From a virus (Duplodnaviria > Caudoviricetes): a stretch of DNA of 61,359 bases. The notes below the pieces were generated by a model that saw only the letters and a list, made by a program, of their open reading frames with translations, ran no database searches and was not told the origin of the DNA. Position 1 is the first letter of the stretch. Each line of letters begins with the position of its first letter. Of this stretch, positions 7,901 to 15,573 are shown in pieces. The DNA lies in the IMG/VR virus record IMGVR_UViG_3300037483_000835, positions 1-61,359 of that record. One strand, written 5' to 3'. The translations under genes and the position numbers were made by a program.

Positions 7901-10122
7901 ATGAGATGTTGGGCGGCCTTACGAGCGGCGTAAGCGCGGCGGTCTCGAATAGCTCGCGCTAAGTCATGGTAGGGGTCGTTTTGCCATTGACCCTTGGGAC
8001 CAGGACCTACCTCAGTAGCGTGTGCCAGATACTCTTCGGGCGTCTGGTTCTTCTTCGGCCACGCCTTCGCTAGGACCTCGGGGTCGACAGTCTTGTTTCG
8101 ATACAGGGTCTCTCGAACGTCCTGATTCGGATGCAACGCAAGAGCCGCTACAGTGCTCGGAGCCAGACCCTTCGCCTGAGCGAGAATAGGCACAGCCGAG
8201 AATCCCTCGTTCGGGTGCGGAACCGAATCTAGGGCGCGCAACGTCCGGAGCTGTGAAATCTCCGACATCGGCGCTGCGTTCTGTCGGTGCGCCAGGTAGG
8301 GCAGCACTTCGAAAATGCCGTGACGTTCCGCAGCTTCAGTAAGAGCCTCGACAGCATCGTCACCGAGGTTGCGGTTCGCACCCATCTGCGCCAGGACTCC
8401 ATAGACACCATAAAAGCGCGCCTTGGTCGACAGAAATCGGTCGAGATCCGAATGGAACTTCTCATCCAGACGTCCACCCTTGTATTTGGTGTCGGTGTCT
8501 AATGGTTCTTTGCCAAACCCCCTCGCCACCTCGTCGCTCAGCTCGTTGATAAACTGCGCCGAGAAGGGGCCGGATGTGAACCGGTTGGAATCGATGTTCG
8601 GTACCTCGAGCGACGCCCGGCCGATACGGTCCGCTTGCTCCGACGTAATGTTGGGGTTCCGAAGCGCTACCGTACCTAACTGACCCATCGGGCCAGCATT
8701 TCGCTCAATACCAGATGGCGTCTGTTCGAACCCCGCCACGACCTTCTCCAGTACGTCCGGAGGCGAAAGAGGAGACTTGGCCAACTCATGAATAAAGTGC
8801 TCGGTTCTCGCATCTCCGGGCACATACTGACTTGCCAGCGTCCGTGCGGTGTCAGAAGTAGCCTGTGGGTGGCCCAATATACTCCCTACGCGGAGGGACA
8901 GCGGCGAGGTTGCAGACATCGCCAAAATCTTTTGGCTCAAGTCCTCAGTGGTCAGATTCGGGTTCTGAACGCTTGATGGCAGATTCGACGCCAGCGCCTG
9001 CTCGCGCGTGCGGAACTTAGTCTGTAGTAGGTGGCCCTCATTCAAATGAGGTACTCTCGTCCACGGCTTTCCGCCGGCCTGGGTAATGGCATCCAGAGTC
9101 TTAGGTCCTGCGCCGGAATGTTGTAGTATTTTAAGCGCGGATACTTCGCCGATATCCTCGGCCTTTGCCACATACCCAGCTAGCTCATCATCCGTTGCGC
9201 TATCATACCAGAGAGGACTCCTATGTCCACGAACCTGTTTTACATCGTGAGACTCGGCCTCAAACCGTGGCGTCGTGTGGGCAACTAAATACTCGTTCTC
9301 GTGGCCTGCATCACCTCCAGCGGCCTTGGGGCCATGCTGGTAACTATACCAAAGGTCCTTGAGGGGTACCCAGGCGTGATGCATATTAGAGCCAAATCCA
9401 CTATCTGCCAAATCACTCCATGAACTTAGAGCATGCTCATGGTCCATGATATCGGAATTTAGACCGCGAGTAAGAGCAACGTAAGGCTGGCCAGCGATAG
9501 TTCGGATATTGAGTCCGACCCCACGATTCAGCTCTGCGTGTAGCTTGGCCTTGTGGAGTAAAAGCTCCTCGGGGACACTTGGATGCTTCTTCATCCAGCC
9601 GTGCAAATCCGCCGGCACGAGATGACCATTCTTTTCGGAAGCCTTGCCCTTCTTGTGATGTTCCAAGAAAGCACTGTCCAGCCGAAGAGCGTCAGCAGGG
9701 TCATCATAATTATCGATATTGTTAATACGGTGAACAAGATACTTCATGAACACCGCAGCCGGCTGATGCGGTGTGAACTTATAGGCACGCCAGAGATGAT
9801 AAGGCTCCAGTCGCGTAAATTCCGGGTCACCCCGCAAAATGCGACCGGCCATATGTGAATCGGCCTCACGCTCCGAGGGGTTAAACTCGGCTCCCTCGTG
9901 AGACTTCCCCTCAATCCTAACTTTCGGCAGCTTCCGGTTCGGCGGGTCGAATTCCCGCTGGGCGTTTTCGTCCGCGCCCTTCAGAAACCTCTCAACGCCC
10001 TTATTCTGGCGCGCTAAACGCGAACCAATGGCTTCGGCGGGGGCTTCGTCAACCTGCCGCACACCGCTGGCCTCTTCGGTTGGAGGCGCGGCGGAGCTAA
10101 TCTTCTTTTTAGGGAGAGCCAT
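4960..10122 (-). CDS. giant polyvalent virion protein A (ADP-ribosyltransferase, helical repeats, Cys-His-Asp domain, GRGPY domain, GNAT, PI3/4-kinase-like)
   Basis: ART triad LTRG/SSWS/ENEYLV; ALRNPN-type repeats; EC..HVWL..DP; VEPEHQRKGIASAMY; LLKP..RE..DGILGNTDSHGQN..LIDHG. Confidence 0.85.
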   Translation of the reverse strand: MALPKKKISSAAPPTEEASGVRQVDEAPAEAIGSRLARQNKGVERFLKGADENAQREFDPPNRKLPKVRIEGKSHEGAEFNPSEREADSHMAGRILRGDPEFTRLEPYHLWRAYKFTPHQPAAVFMKYLVHRINNIDNYDDPADALRLDSAFLEHHKKGKASEKNGHLVPADLHGWMKKHPSVPEELLLHKAKLHAELNRGVGLNIRTIAGQPYVALTRGLNSDIMDHEHALSSWSDLADSGFGSNMHHAWVPLKDLWYSYQHGPKAAGGDAGHENEYLVAHTTPRFEAESHDVKQVRGHRSPLWYDSATDDELAGYVAKAEDIGEVSALKILQHSGAGPKTLDAITQAGGKPWTRVPHLNEGHLLQTKFRTREQALASNLPSSVQNPNLTTEDLSQKILAMSATSPLSLRVGSILGHPQATSDTARTLASQYVPGDARTEHFIHELAKSPLSPPDVLEKVVAGFEQTPSGIERNAGPMGQLGTVALRNPNITSEQADRIGRASLEVPNIDSNRFTSGPFSAQFINELSDEVARGFGKEPLDTDTKYKGGRLDEKFHSDLDRFLSTKARFYGVYGVLAQMGANRNLGDDAVEALTEAAERHGIFEVLPYLAHRQNAAPMSEISQLRTLRALDSVPHPNEGFSAVPILAQAKGLAPSTVAALALHPNQDVRETLYRNKTVDPEVLAKAWPKKNQTPEEYLAHATEVGPGPKGQWQNDPYHDLARAIRDRRAYAARKAAQHLIKPWPKPLAKSETDWWPVKLREWMSQRSKDEEHQGYFFRAKNLDQARRLVQDKVIPTEPTDEILDGQAVFAHPAKDYHYHAWEKDRDAGDVLVYFETDSPPTHYDDRVYWPHDVVAGDVRVAGIRPANLQKMATVYGKSGPLRADMYPGLSPEQKWKGPAVSVNEEPDSAQVQYLKRATEVVHKLSPELHKECGGIADVVRRIGALGGVKAAMDAGAAAWPHGDKEDQGEHVWLRVGKELFDPKAHLLSLKHPKMFAKKPPYHNYRPYRPASWAKDLYDDLANVGDDPDELAAKAFHEVGPFGLSKGEQPLVKMAVLHDDPVKPRIVYRIEDDWGRGPYAAEGIGTGKVTPKRPVPTKDWQGTDEWHNHPSDVNFGFVKPEDAVEWFSAGTLGKLRQKGFKLRAVPAKKVWVSNSGRQVFFEPHESYQPGKAEIIQPKGAINWKPFQKRDLDPSLGYTISSKPHPSGLEVLAHDRNGVQVGRSLIGLSLRHGGNIPHLTYVEPEHQRKGIASAMYQHFENTTGEKVLPSDMQSEEAEKLWAQPGRKFGKSESLSRGPAFNGEKDYRPDESGDPKFPFQGGPRKEQTELSALTLPGSDLEPGEHRTALAQLGHNDRFELVLAAACFLARKRFDADKFQQGLAVYGDEVRAALHAVDLGDSEKNMRALAAVVQLQGGKARALSKSEGSQPIGIHSVQPGNERAVDFAEAVERAVRAGNVVHLKLSGKHSRGAMACRDPHSGKVFLLKPPGGKQSPAAGARDGSVSQPRREACFWHVADKVHLGGVIPHAELIIVNAQEWSAISLLGSDWKSLDEKNREKQYKGREVLTPYLSAGQIHRWALLDGILGNTDSHGQNLLVNEGGSVALIDHGAALAGPKFDPAHDTKSFIPFYLRVFAPDSDFKKKSPEERIKHMPRLGKYEDDILKKWLVEDFTPEMTEREMRVYGVDDTIIKAVWGRLQALRSVSGNLSEAVNRRWAGLESW

Positions 10123-10128
10123 CGACCC

Positions 10129-10416
10129 TTAGATTACATCCTTCTCACTTGCCCTGGGCCACGGGTCTTCGCCTTGCTCGGCAGTGAGGTAATCCTCAGG
10201 CAGGAGATTTCGTTCGATGGGTTCCACGTAGGGCTCGACCGTCACCTGGTAGAGGTCGGTAGCGTTGAGCGCTGCAACAGCAGCGTCTAGATTAGCTGGA
10301 AAATCGGGATAAAAATGCTTCGCATATCCCAAAAGTCTATCCATCAGCTCACGCTCGCTCCCAAAGTACACCCTACGATGGTCACGTTCTAGGTCGTTAA
10401 TAGTCATCTTGAGCAT
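10129..10416 (-). CDS. hypothetical protein
   Basis: GGAGG RBS and upstream GTGATATAGT motif. Confidence 0.7.
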   Translation of the reverse strand: MLKMTINDLERDHRRVYFGSERELMDRLLGYAKHFYPDFPANLDAAVAALNATDLYQVTVEPYVEPIERNLLPEDYLTAEQGEDPWPRASEKDVI

Positions 10417-10494
10417 AAATCCTCCAAGGTACTATATCACGTTCGTAACAGTTCCTGGAGCCGTGTAAGCGTTTCCGGAGGCCCAGCCCATGTG

Positions 10495-10968
10495 TCAAGT
10501 AGAATGACGCAAAAACTGCGCGACAGCCTCCGCTATCTTGAGATGCTCTTCGACAGTTCCGTCATTCTTGACCACATTGGCCCTAAAAGAAACAACCGCT
10601 ATATTCCCGGGCTCATACCCCAGATTAGGGTCTATTCTGTCGAGTGAAGGAGAGCCGTCTTGACGAGGACCCTCGAAGACAAGACGAATCCCCAGGTAAG
10701 GACAAACGCCAGAGACCAGAGCCTTCTCCCACTCCACCCTCACATCCTCCACACTAATGGAGAAAACCTTGCCAAGGCGTTTGGCTCTATTTTTCGCTTG
10801 CAGCCACATGAATCTATCACGATTAGCCGCGCGCCAGGCCCTGCTGCGCTTTTTCTCGGTCTCTGGATGGGCACCTTGATAAACCTTCACACCAGCCTGA
10901 TGACAGGGCCTACATCTGCCGTTAGGATATCGCTCCGAGGAACCACACTTCTTACAGGGCCTACTCAT
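10495..10968 (-). CDS. HNH-type endonuclease with N-terminal zinc finger
   Basis: CKKC..CRPC, then CPY..SLDRIDP..GY..GN..S..AN..K; start ATG 10968 or TTG 10989. Confidence 0.8.
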   Translation of the reverse strand: MSRPCKKCGSSERYPNGRCRPCHQAGVKVYQGAHPETEKKRSRAWRAANRDRFMWLQAKNRAKRLGKVFSISVEDVRVEWEKALVSGVCPYLGIRLVFEGPRQDGSPSLDRIDPNLGYEPGNIAVVSFRANVVKNDGTVEEHLKIAEAVAQFLRHST

Positions 10969-11028
10969 ATCTACTAGATTACTGCTCAAGTTTTAGCAGC
11001 TAAAACTTGACGGCTCCGGCTATATCAC

Positions 11029-14000
11029 CTAGAGCCAACCCATGTGGCGGAATACCACGTCGTTATCACCATGAGCTAAATTAGATCGAACCTCTGGAGG
11101 CAGTCCCATCATAGCATCGACCCATACCAGCTCCGAGAACTCGTGGTCAGGGTCGAAGTCGGAATGTGGAGTCTGGTCTGAAACAGTAGTCTGGAACATG
11201 TACACCGGGATACCACCGGGCGCATTCGCTGCACCGAAAGCATGCATCGCCTCAGGAACGATACCAGCCTCCTCGTACAACTCTCGCACCGCGCCGGTAG
11301 CAGGGTCTTCACCGGGCTCGAGATGGCCGCCCGGCAGACAATACTTGCCGTCCTTCTGTCTCTTCCCTATCAAAATCTGAGCATTCTCGTTATAGACCAA
11401 GACACTCGCGGCGAGCGGCGGGTTCGAATCCTCGGCCTTCGCCATCGGCTGCGTGAGGACTTGATCCGTGACATGACCGATGGGCTGGTCCAGTTGCTCG
11501 TTCGCGAACCGAAACAGCTCGTCGGAGAAATCCTTGTGGACCTGTGGGTCAACCATCCAGCTCTTGATTTGCTGGTTCTCATCGCGGTCCGCAGCGTTCA
11601 CCGCCTGTAGCTTCTTGCCCAGCTCCGAATCCTCGTAGAGCGCCAGGTTGTAAGCGTTAACATGCGAAATGATGTCGCGGTTCTTCTTCAGCCAGTCCAT
11701 CGTGCGGCCGTACGTATTACGGTCCTCGCCCGGGAGTCCGACCATGATGTTGGGGATGAGGGATGAGCCCGCCTGGCGAATCTTCTGTGTCGCCTCGTTG
11801 ATGAGGGCCTCGTTCGCAGGCTTCTTGTGGGCCTTGAGGATGGGGTCGTTCACCGACTCGATACCCAACTCGACATGCCGGATACCGGCATCCCGGAGGA
11901 ACTCAGGTGTCATGCGCTTCATCTGCGCTGCGGTCGTCTGGATGACGAACCCCTTGAAATTGGGGTTTTGGGCTCGGATACGCTGATACAGCATTGGGAG
12001 CTGTACGTGGTTCGGGGCCTGACCAAACGTCTTATCGTTCAAGTAGATGAGGTCCGAGTCAAGGTGCTTACCAAAAGCGTCAGCCTGCTGAAGAACCTCA
12101 TCCATCGGCTTCTCGACTACTTGCTTGGGTACGCAACAGAACGTGCACTGGTGGCGACAGCCATCAGAGAGCGTCAACCGCGGGATAACCTTCATGCCTT
12201 GGAAGTGTCGGTAATCGTAGCCAGGCTTGTACTCGTGGCCCTCACTCTCGACAAACGACTGAACGCTCGGGTGGACCTGGACGTTCGGCAGCCCCTTGTA
12301 CATCGACATGTCGGTATAGCCGCCCACAGCAATATTCTGGCTCGGCACGGCCTCGGCTAGTTGACGGATGAACGGCGCGGTCACATCAAGCGAAGAGAAC
12401 GCCGCATTCTTGTAACCGGCGTGCTTCAGGAACTCAATAGCCTCCTTGGGGTCACGCACTGTGTAGTGGTCGACGTTCGGCATCGAATTGGCGATATGGG
12501 CCTGCCACTGAGGGACTTCCCAGAAATCTTCCCCGCGGTGATAACCTTCACGCTTTTGATATAGGCTATCGTAATAAGCATCAGACTGGTCTGGCTTACG
12601 GTCGCCCTGAAGGAGATGAGTCGAGAACTGGACCATCAAGGTTCGGCCAGCGTTACTCGGTTCGTGGTGCTGACGAACGTGAATGTTGGCCCCTCCTAGC
12701 GCCTGGGCGCCCCGAGGCTTCGCTTGAGCAGCCTGGGAGTAGTTCTGGTGCGGTGCGGTGACATGCGAGCCCTGAGGCTTAGTGTGGAAGCCTGGCGGGG
12801 TCTCTGGGTGGAGGTCTCCCGGCTCAGCCTTGCTCAGCAGCCTCTCACCAGGCAGGACATTATGCCATCCGTCATCTTCCTGCTTGCCTCGAGCATGGCC
12901 CTCCAGGATACGCAAGGTGGCTTCACGTAGCCCCGCCCGATGAGGCCCGCCGTCGTGCCATTCTTCATGCGGCTCCCAGTCTACCAACTCGACATGACCC
13001 AGGACCTTACCGTGACAATGGACCGTAGCGATAGCGGTGCCGGGCATGTGCGAAATGTTCAGCTTGTATCCCTCAGCATCGAGAGAGCCGGGGAGGGCGT
13101 GCTCCTGGAACGTATGCTGTGGTCGCTGCTCGCGCTGGTCTTCGTTCTTCCGCACCTCGTCTTTCCAGGTTGGTGCGGCGGGTACCTTTTTCTCAAGCTG
13201 ACGCTTCACCGAACCAAAAGTCTCGAACGTATTGTTACAGTGCGGACATTCACGGTACCCGCCACCCTTCGGCGAGTACGGCGCAACCGTGACATCCACC
13301 TCGGTATTACAGCTTGGGCAGCTCTTGAAGTAGTGTTGAGCTATGCTGGCCCTACCGACGTAATGAACGTTCTTTTGCGTCTTCAGCTCGCCATATTCGC
13401 CCGGTTTCATACCCAGCTTCTTCGAGGGTACGTCACGATACCCTACATAGAAGTGTCCCGGGAGCTTGCCCTCAGGCGACCCCAAGGAAATAACCGCCTT
13501 CGACTCAGGCTGCCAAATATGGATGGGCTCGCCGATGAGCGATTCACGCTTGGTTTCAACCTGGTCAGGACTCAAATCTCCGAGAAGACCAGCTTCGTAC
13601 GAAGGACAGTCCGAGTCTCGGGCGGGGTTGTTATTGTTGCACTGAAGCGCACCGCGGCTCGACACCAGCCTGGCACGCGCGCCGCACAGCTTACAATACT
13701 TCTTCTCTTGGGGTGTCCGGAGCCACTCGTGGAACGCCTCTTGGAGAACCTCGCTCGGATGCTTGCCACCGAAAAGGATATTGGAGATGGTCTTGTGAAC
13801 GTCCTCGTCGCCATACTCTTCAGCAGCGCGTTGCGCAGCTTCTTCAGGGTCTTCGCCAGCGTGGGCCGCCTGCTGGGCAGCTTGCCGAACAAAGGACTGA
13901 CCGAGGTCGGACTGTACCTCGTCGATGAAGATCCCTTGACCCTTGCCACCAGTGTAACGTACCCAGCCAATGCCTGCTGGGCCCACCGGGTGCGACGACT

Positions 14001-15573
14001 GCTGGCTCGCTTCGTACATCTTCTGGAACTTATCGTAAACCCCAGCCTTCTTCATCTTCTCGACCTGATCCAGAGTCGTGTTGAGTTGGAAGACCTTTGA
14101 ATCGTCGTCGGAGTGACGTTGTGCACCTTCCCACTTATCGTGCGTCACGTTGTAGGGAATGCGCTGCGAATTGTCGATAGCCTGCTGAAGGCCCGCAGCC
14201 GATATGTTGCCATTCTTAGCTCGGCCAGCACTCCAGTCACCCGCCGGCATCTGCTTCGGCGGCAGCTCCGTCTTGCCTTTCGAGAGGATGAAGTCGCGAG
14301 CTTGACGCAGCTTATTCGTACCGAAAGCTACAGCAACCTTATCATCAGCGAAGAGGTCTGGATTAGTCCAAGCGTGGCCGTCCTCCTGTAGCTGCTTCTT
14401 CAGTCGAGGGAAGGCGCGAATGTGTTCAGCCATCTGCTCCGGGCTGGAAATACCATTCCGGATTAAGTCATACGCCATCACGGAATCTTTGCTTTTGATA
14501 GCGTGGTCATGTAAGTCATCAGCTAAACCGGGAACCTGACCCACAAGACCCGAAGCTCGAGACGCTATCATCTCCGGGAAGCCGGCGTTAAATACCTCGT
14601 TCAAGAACTCCGGCTTATAGTGATGGTTCTTAGAGAGGAACTGATCCAGGTCCCGGTGGTCGAAGGTCTGCGGGTCGCCGTACTCCTCTTTTCTCGTACG
14701 TAACTGGTCTAGGATGAGCTTGTGATGTTCGGGGTAGGGGGTCTGTGTGATGGCGCGACCGCGGAGCCACTGGCCATCCTTCAGCTTGAACGCAGGGTGA
14801 GTGCCGCGGAGTAGTTCTTCGTATGCCTCTTCAGGCAGCCTACCCGGCTCGGTACTGAGCAGCTTCTGAATGCCGTTGACGGGCTCTTCATAAATGAGCC
14901 GGTCGCTATTCGGCGCAGCGACTTCACGGTATGCAGCATCGGTCAAGTCCTGCCAAGCGTCCCGAATCTCCGACTCGGACAATACATTCGCTGGACTCTC
15001 CTGCCCGGCATGAGCGCGCGCAGAGTATTCGGGCCAGGCACCTCTTTGGCCCAGGAGTTGGGCCCAGCCAATTTCCTTGGCGGCGTGACGACGCTGTTCA
15101 CCCGTGATTTCGCCCTTGTATATGCGCCTAGCTATACCCTCGGTCGAAGTCGTGCTCTTGGCTATCTTCGCGCGTTGCACCGCATTCTTAAACACGGGCT
15201 CCGGAAGCGGGGCGCGACTGTTCAAAAGCCCACCCGCGAACTTACCCATCTGCGGCCCCAGCAGATCTTCAGCCTCCCTTTCAGCCCAGGCATACTCCTC
15301 AGGAGTAATGTCACTATTGGCACCTGGACGCTCGCTAAACGGTACCTGCTCGTATTGGTCTCGAGGCTCGACAGGATGCGTTGCTCTGTAGGCTACGTCC
15401 CAGGCACGACCGGACGTGTTCAGGTCGACGGCGCTCATCATCATGAGCAGCGCTGGGCCATCAAACGACATGCCTGGCTCACCCAAGAAGCGACCCATGT
15501 CGTCCACGGGTCGACCTTTGTCGATGAAATTCTCTTTCAACCACTGAGCAGTGATAGTAGCTGGCCGGGGCAT
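11029..15573 (-). CDS. giant polyvalent virion protein B (EVQSD domain with Zn ribbons, radical SAM, Nudix hydrolase)
   Basis: IDEVQSD domain; GCRHQCTFC (CxxxCxxC) with ELGIES and IMVGLPGE; Nudix box GGHLEPGEDPATGAVRELYEEAG. Confidence 0.88.
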   Translation of the reverse strand: MPRPATITAQWLKENFIDKGRPVDDMGRFLGEPGMSFDGPALLMMMSAVDLNTSGRAWDVAYRATHPVEPRDQYEQVPFSERPGANSDITPEEYAWAEREAEDLLGPQMGKFAGGLLNSRAPLPEPVFKNAVQRAKIAKSTTSTEGIARRIYKGEITGEQRRHAAKEIGWAQLLGQRGAWPEYSARAHAGQESPANVLSESEIRDAWQDLTDAAYREVAAPNSDRLIYEEPVNGIQKLLSTEPGRLPEEAYEELLRGTHPAFKLKDGQWLRGRAITQTPYPEHHKLILDQLRTRKEEYGDPQTFDHRDLDQFLSKNHHYKPEFLNEVFNAGFPEMIASRASGLVGQVPGLADDLHDHAIKSKDSVMAYDLIRNGISSPEQMAEHIRAFPRLKKQLQEDGHAWTNPDLFADDKVAVAFGTNKLRQARDFILSKGKTELPPKQMPAGDWSAGRAKNGNISAAGLQQAIDNSQRIPYNVTHDKWEGAQRHSDDDSKVFQLNTTLDQVEKMKKAGVYDKFQKMYEASQQSSHPVGPAGIGWVRYTGGKGQGIFIDEVQSDLGQSFVRQAAQQAAHAGEDPEEAAQRAAEEYGDEDVHKTISNILFGGKHPSEVLQEAFHEWLRTPQEKKYCKLCGARARLVSSRGALQCNNNNPARDSDCPSYEAGLLGDLSPDQVETKRESLIGEPIHIWQPESKAVISLGSPEGKLPGHFYVGYRDVPSKKLGMKPGEYGELKTQKNVHYVGRASIAQHYFKSCPSCNTEVDVTVAPYSPKGGGYRECPHCNNTFETFGSVKRQLEKKVPAAPTWKDEVRKNEDQREQRPQHTFQEHALPGSLDAEGYKLNISHMPGTAIATVHCHGKVLGHVELVDWEPHEEWHDGGPHRAGLREATLRILEGHARGKQEDDGWHNVLPGERLLSKAEPGDLHPETPPGFHTKPQGSHVTAPHQNYSQAAQAKPRGAQALGGANIHVRQHHEPSNAGRTLMVQFSTHLLQGDRKPDQSDAYYDSLYQKREGYHRGEDFWEVPQWQAHIANSMPNVDHYTVRDPKEAIEFLKHAGYKNAAFSSLDVTAPFIRQLAEAVPSQNIAVGGYTDMSMYKGLPNVQVHPSVQSFVESEGHEYKPGYDYRHFQGMKVIPRLTLSDGCRHQCTFCCVPKQVVEKPMDEVLQQADAFGKHLDSDLIYLNDKTFGQAPNHVQLPMLYQRIRAQNPNFKGFVIQTTAAQMKRMTPEFLRDAGIRHVELGIESVNDPILKAHKKPANEALINEATQKIRQAGSSLIPNIMVGLPGEDRNTYGRTMDWLKKNRDIISHVNAYNLALYEDSELGKKLQAVNAADRDENQQIKSWMVDPQVHKDFSDELFRFANEQLDQPIGHVTDQVLTQPMAKAEDSNPPLAASVLVYNENAQILIGKRQKDGKYCLPGGHLEPGEDPATGAVRELYEEAGIVPEAMHAFGAANAPGGIPVYMFQTTVSDQTPHSDFDPDHEFSELVWVDAMMGLPPEVRSNLAHGDNDVVFRHMGWL

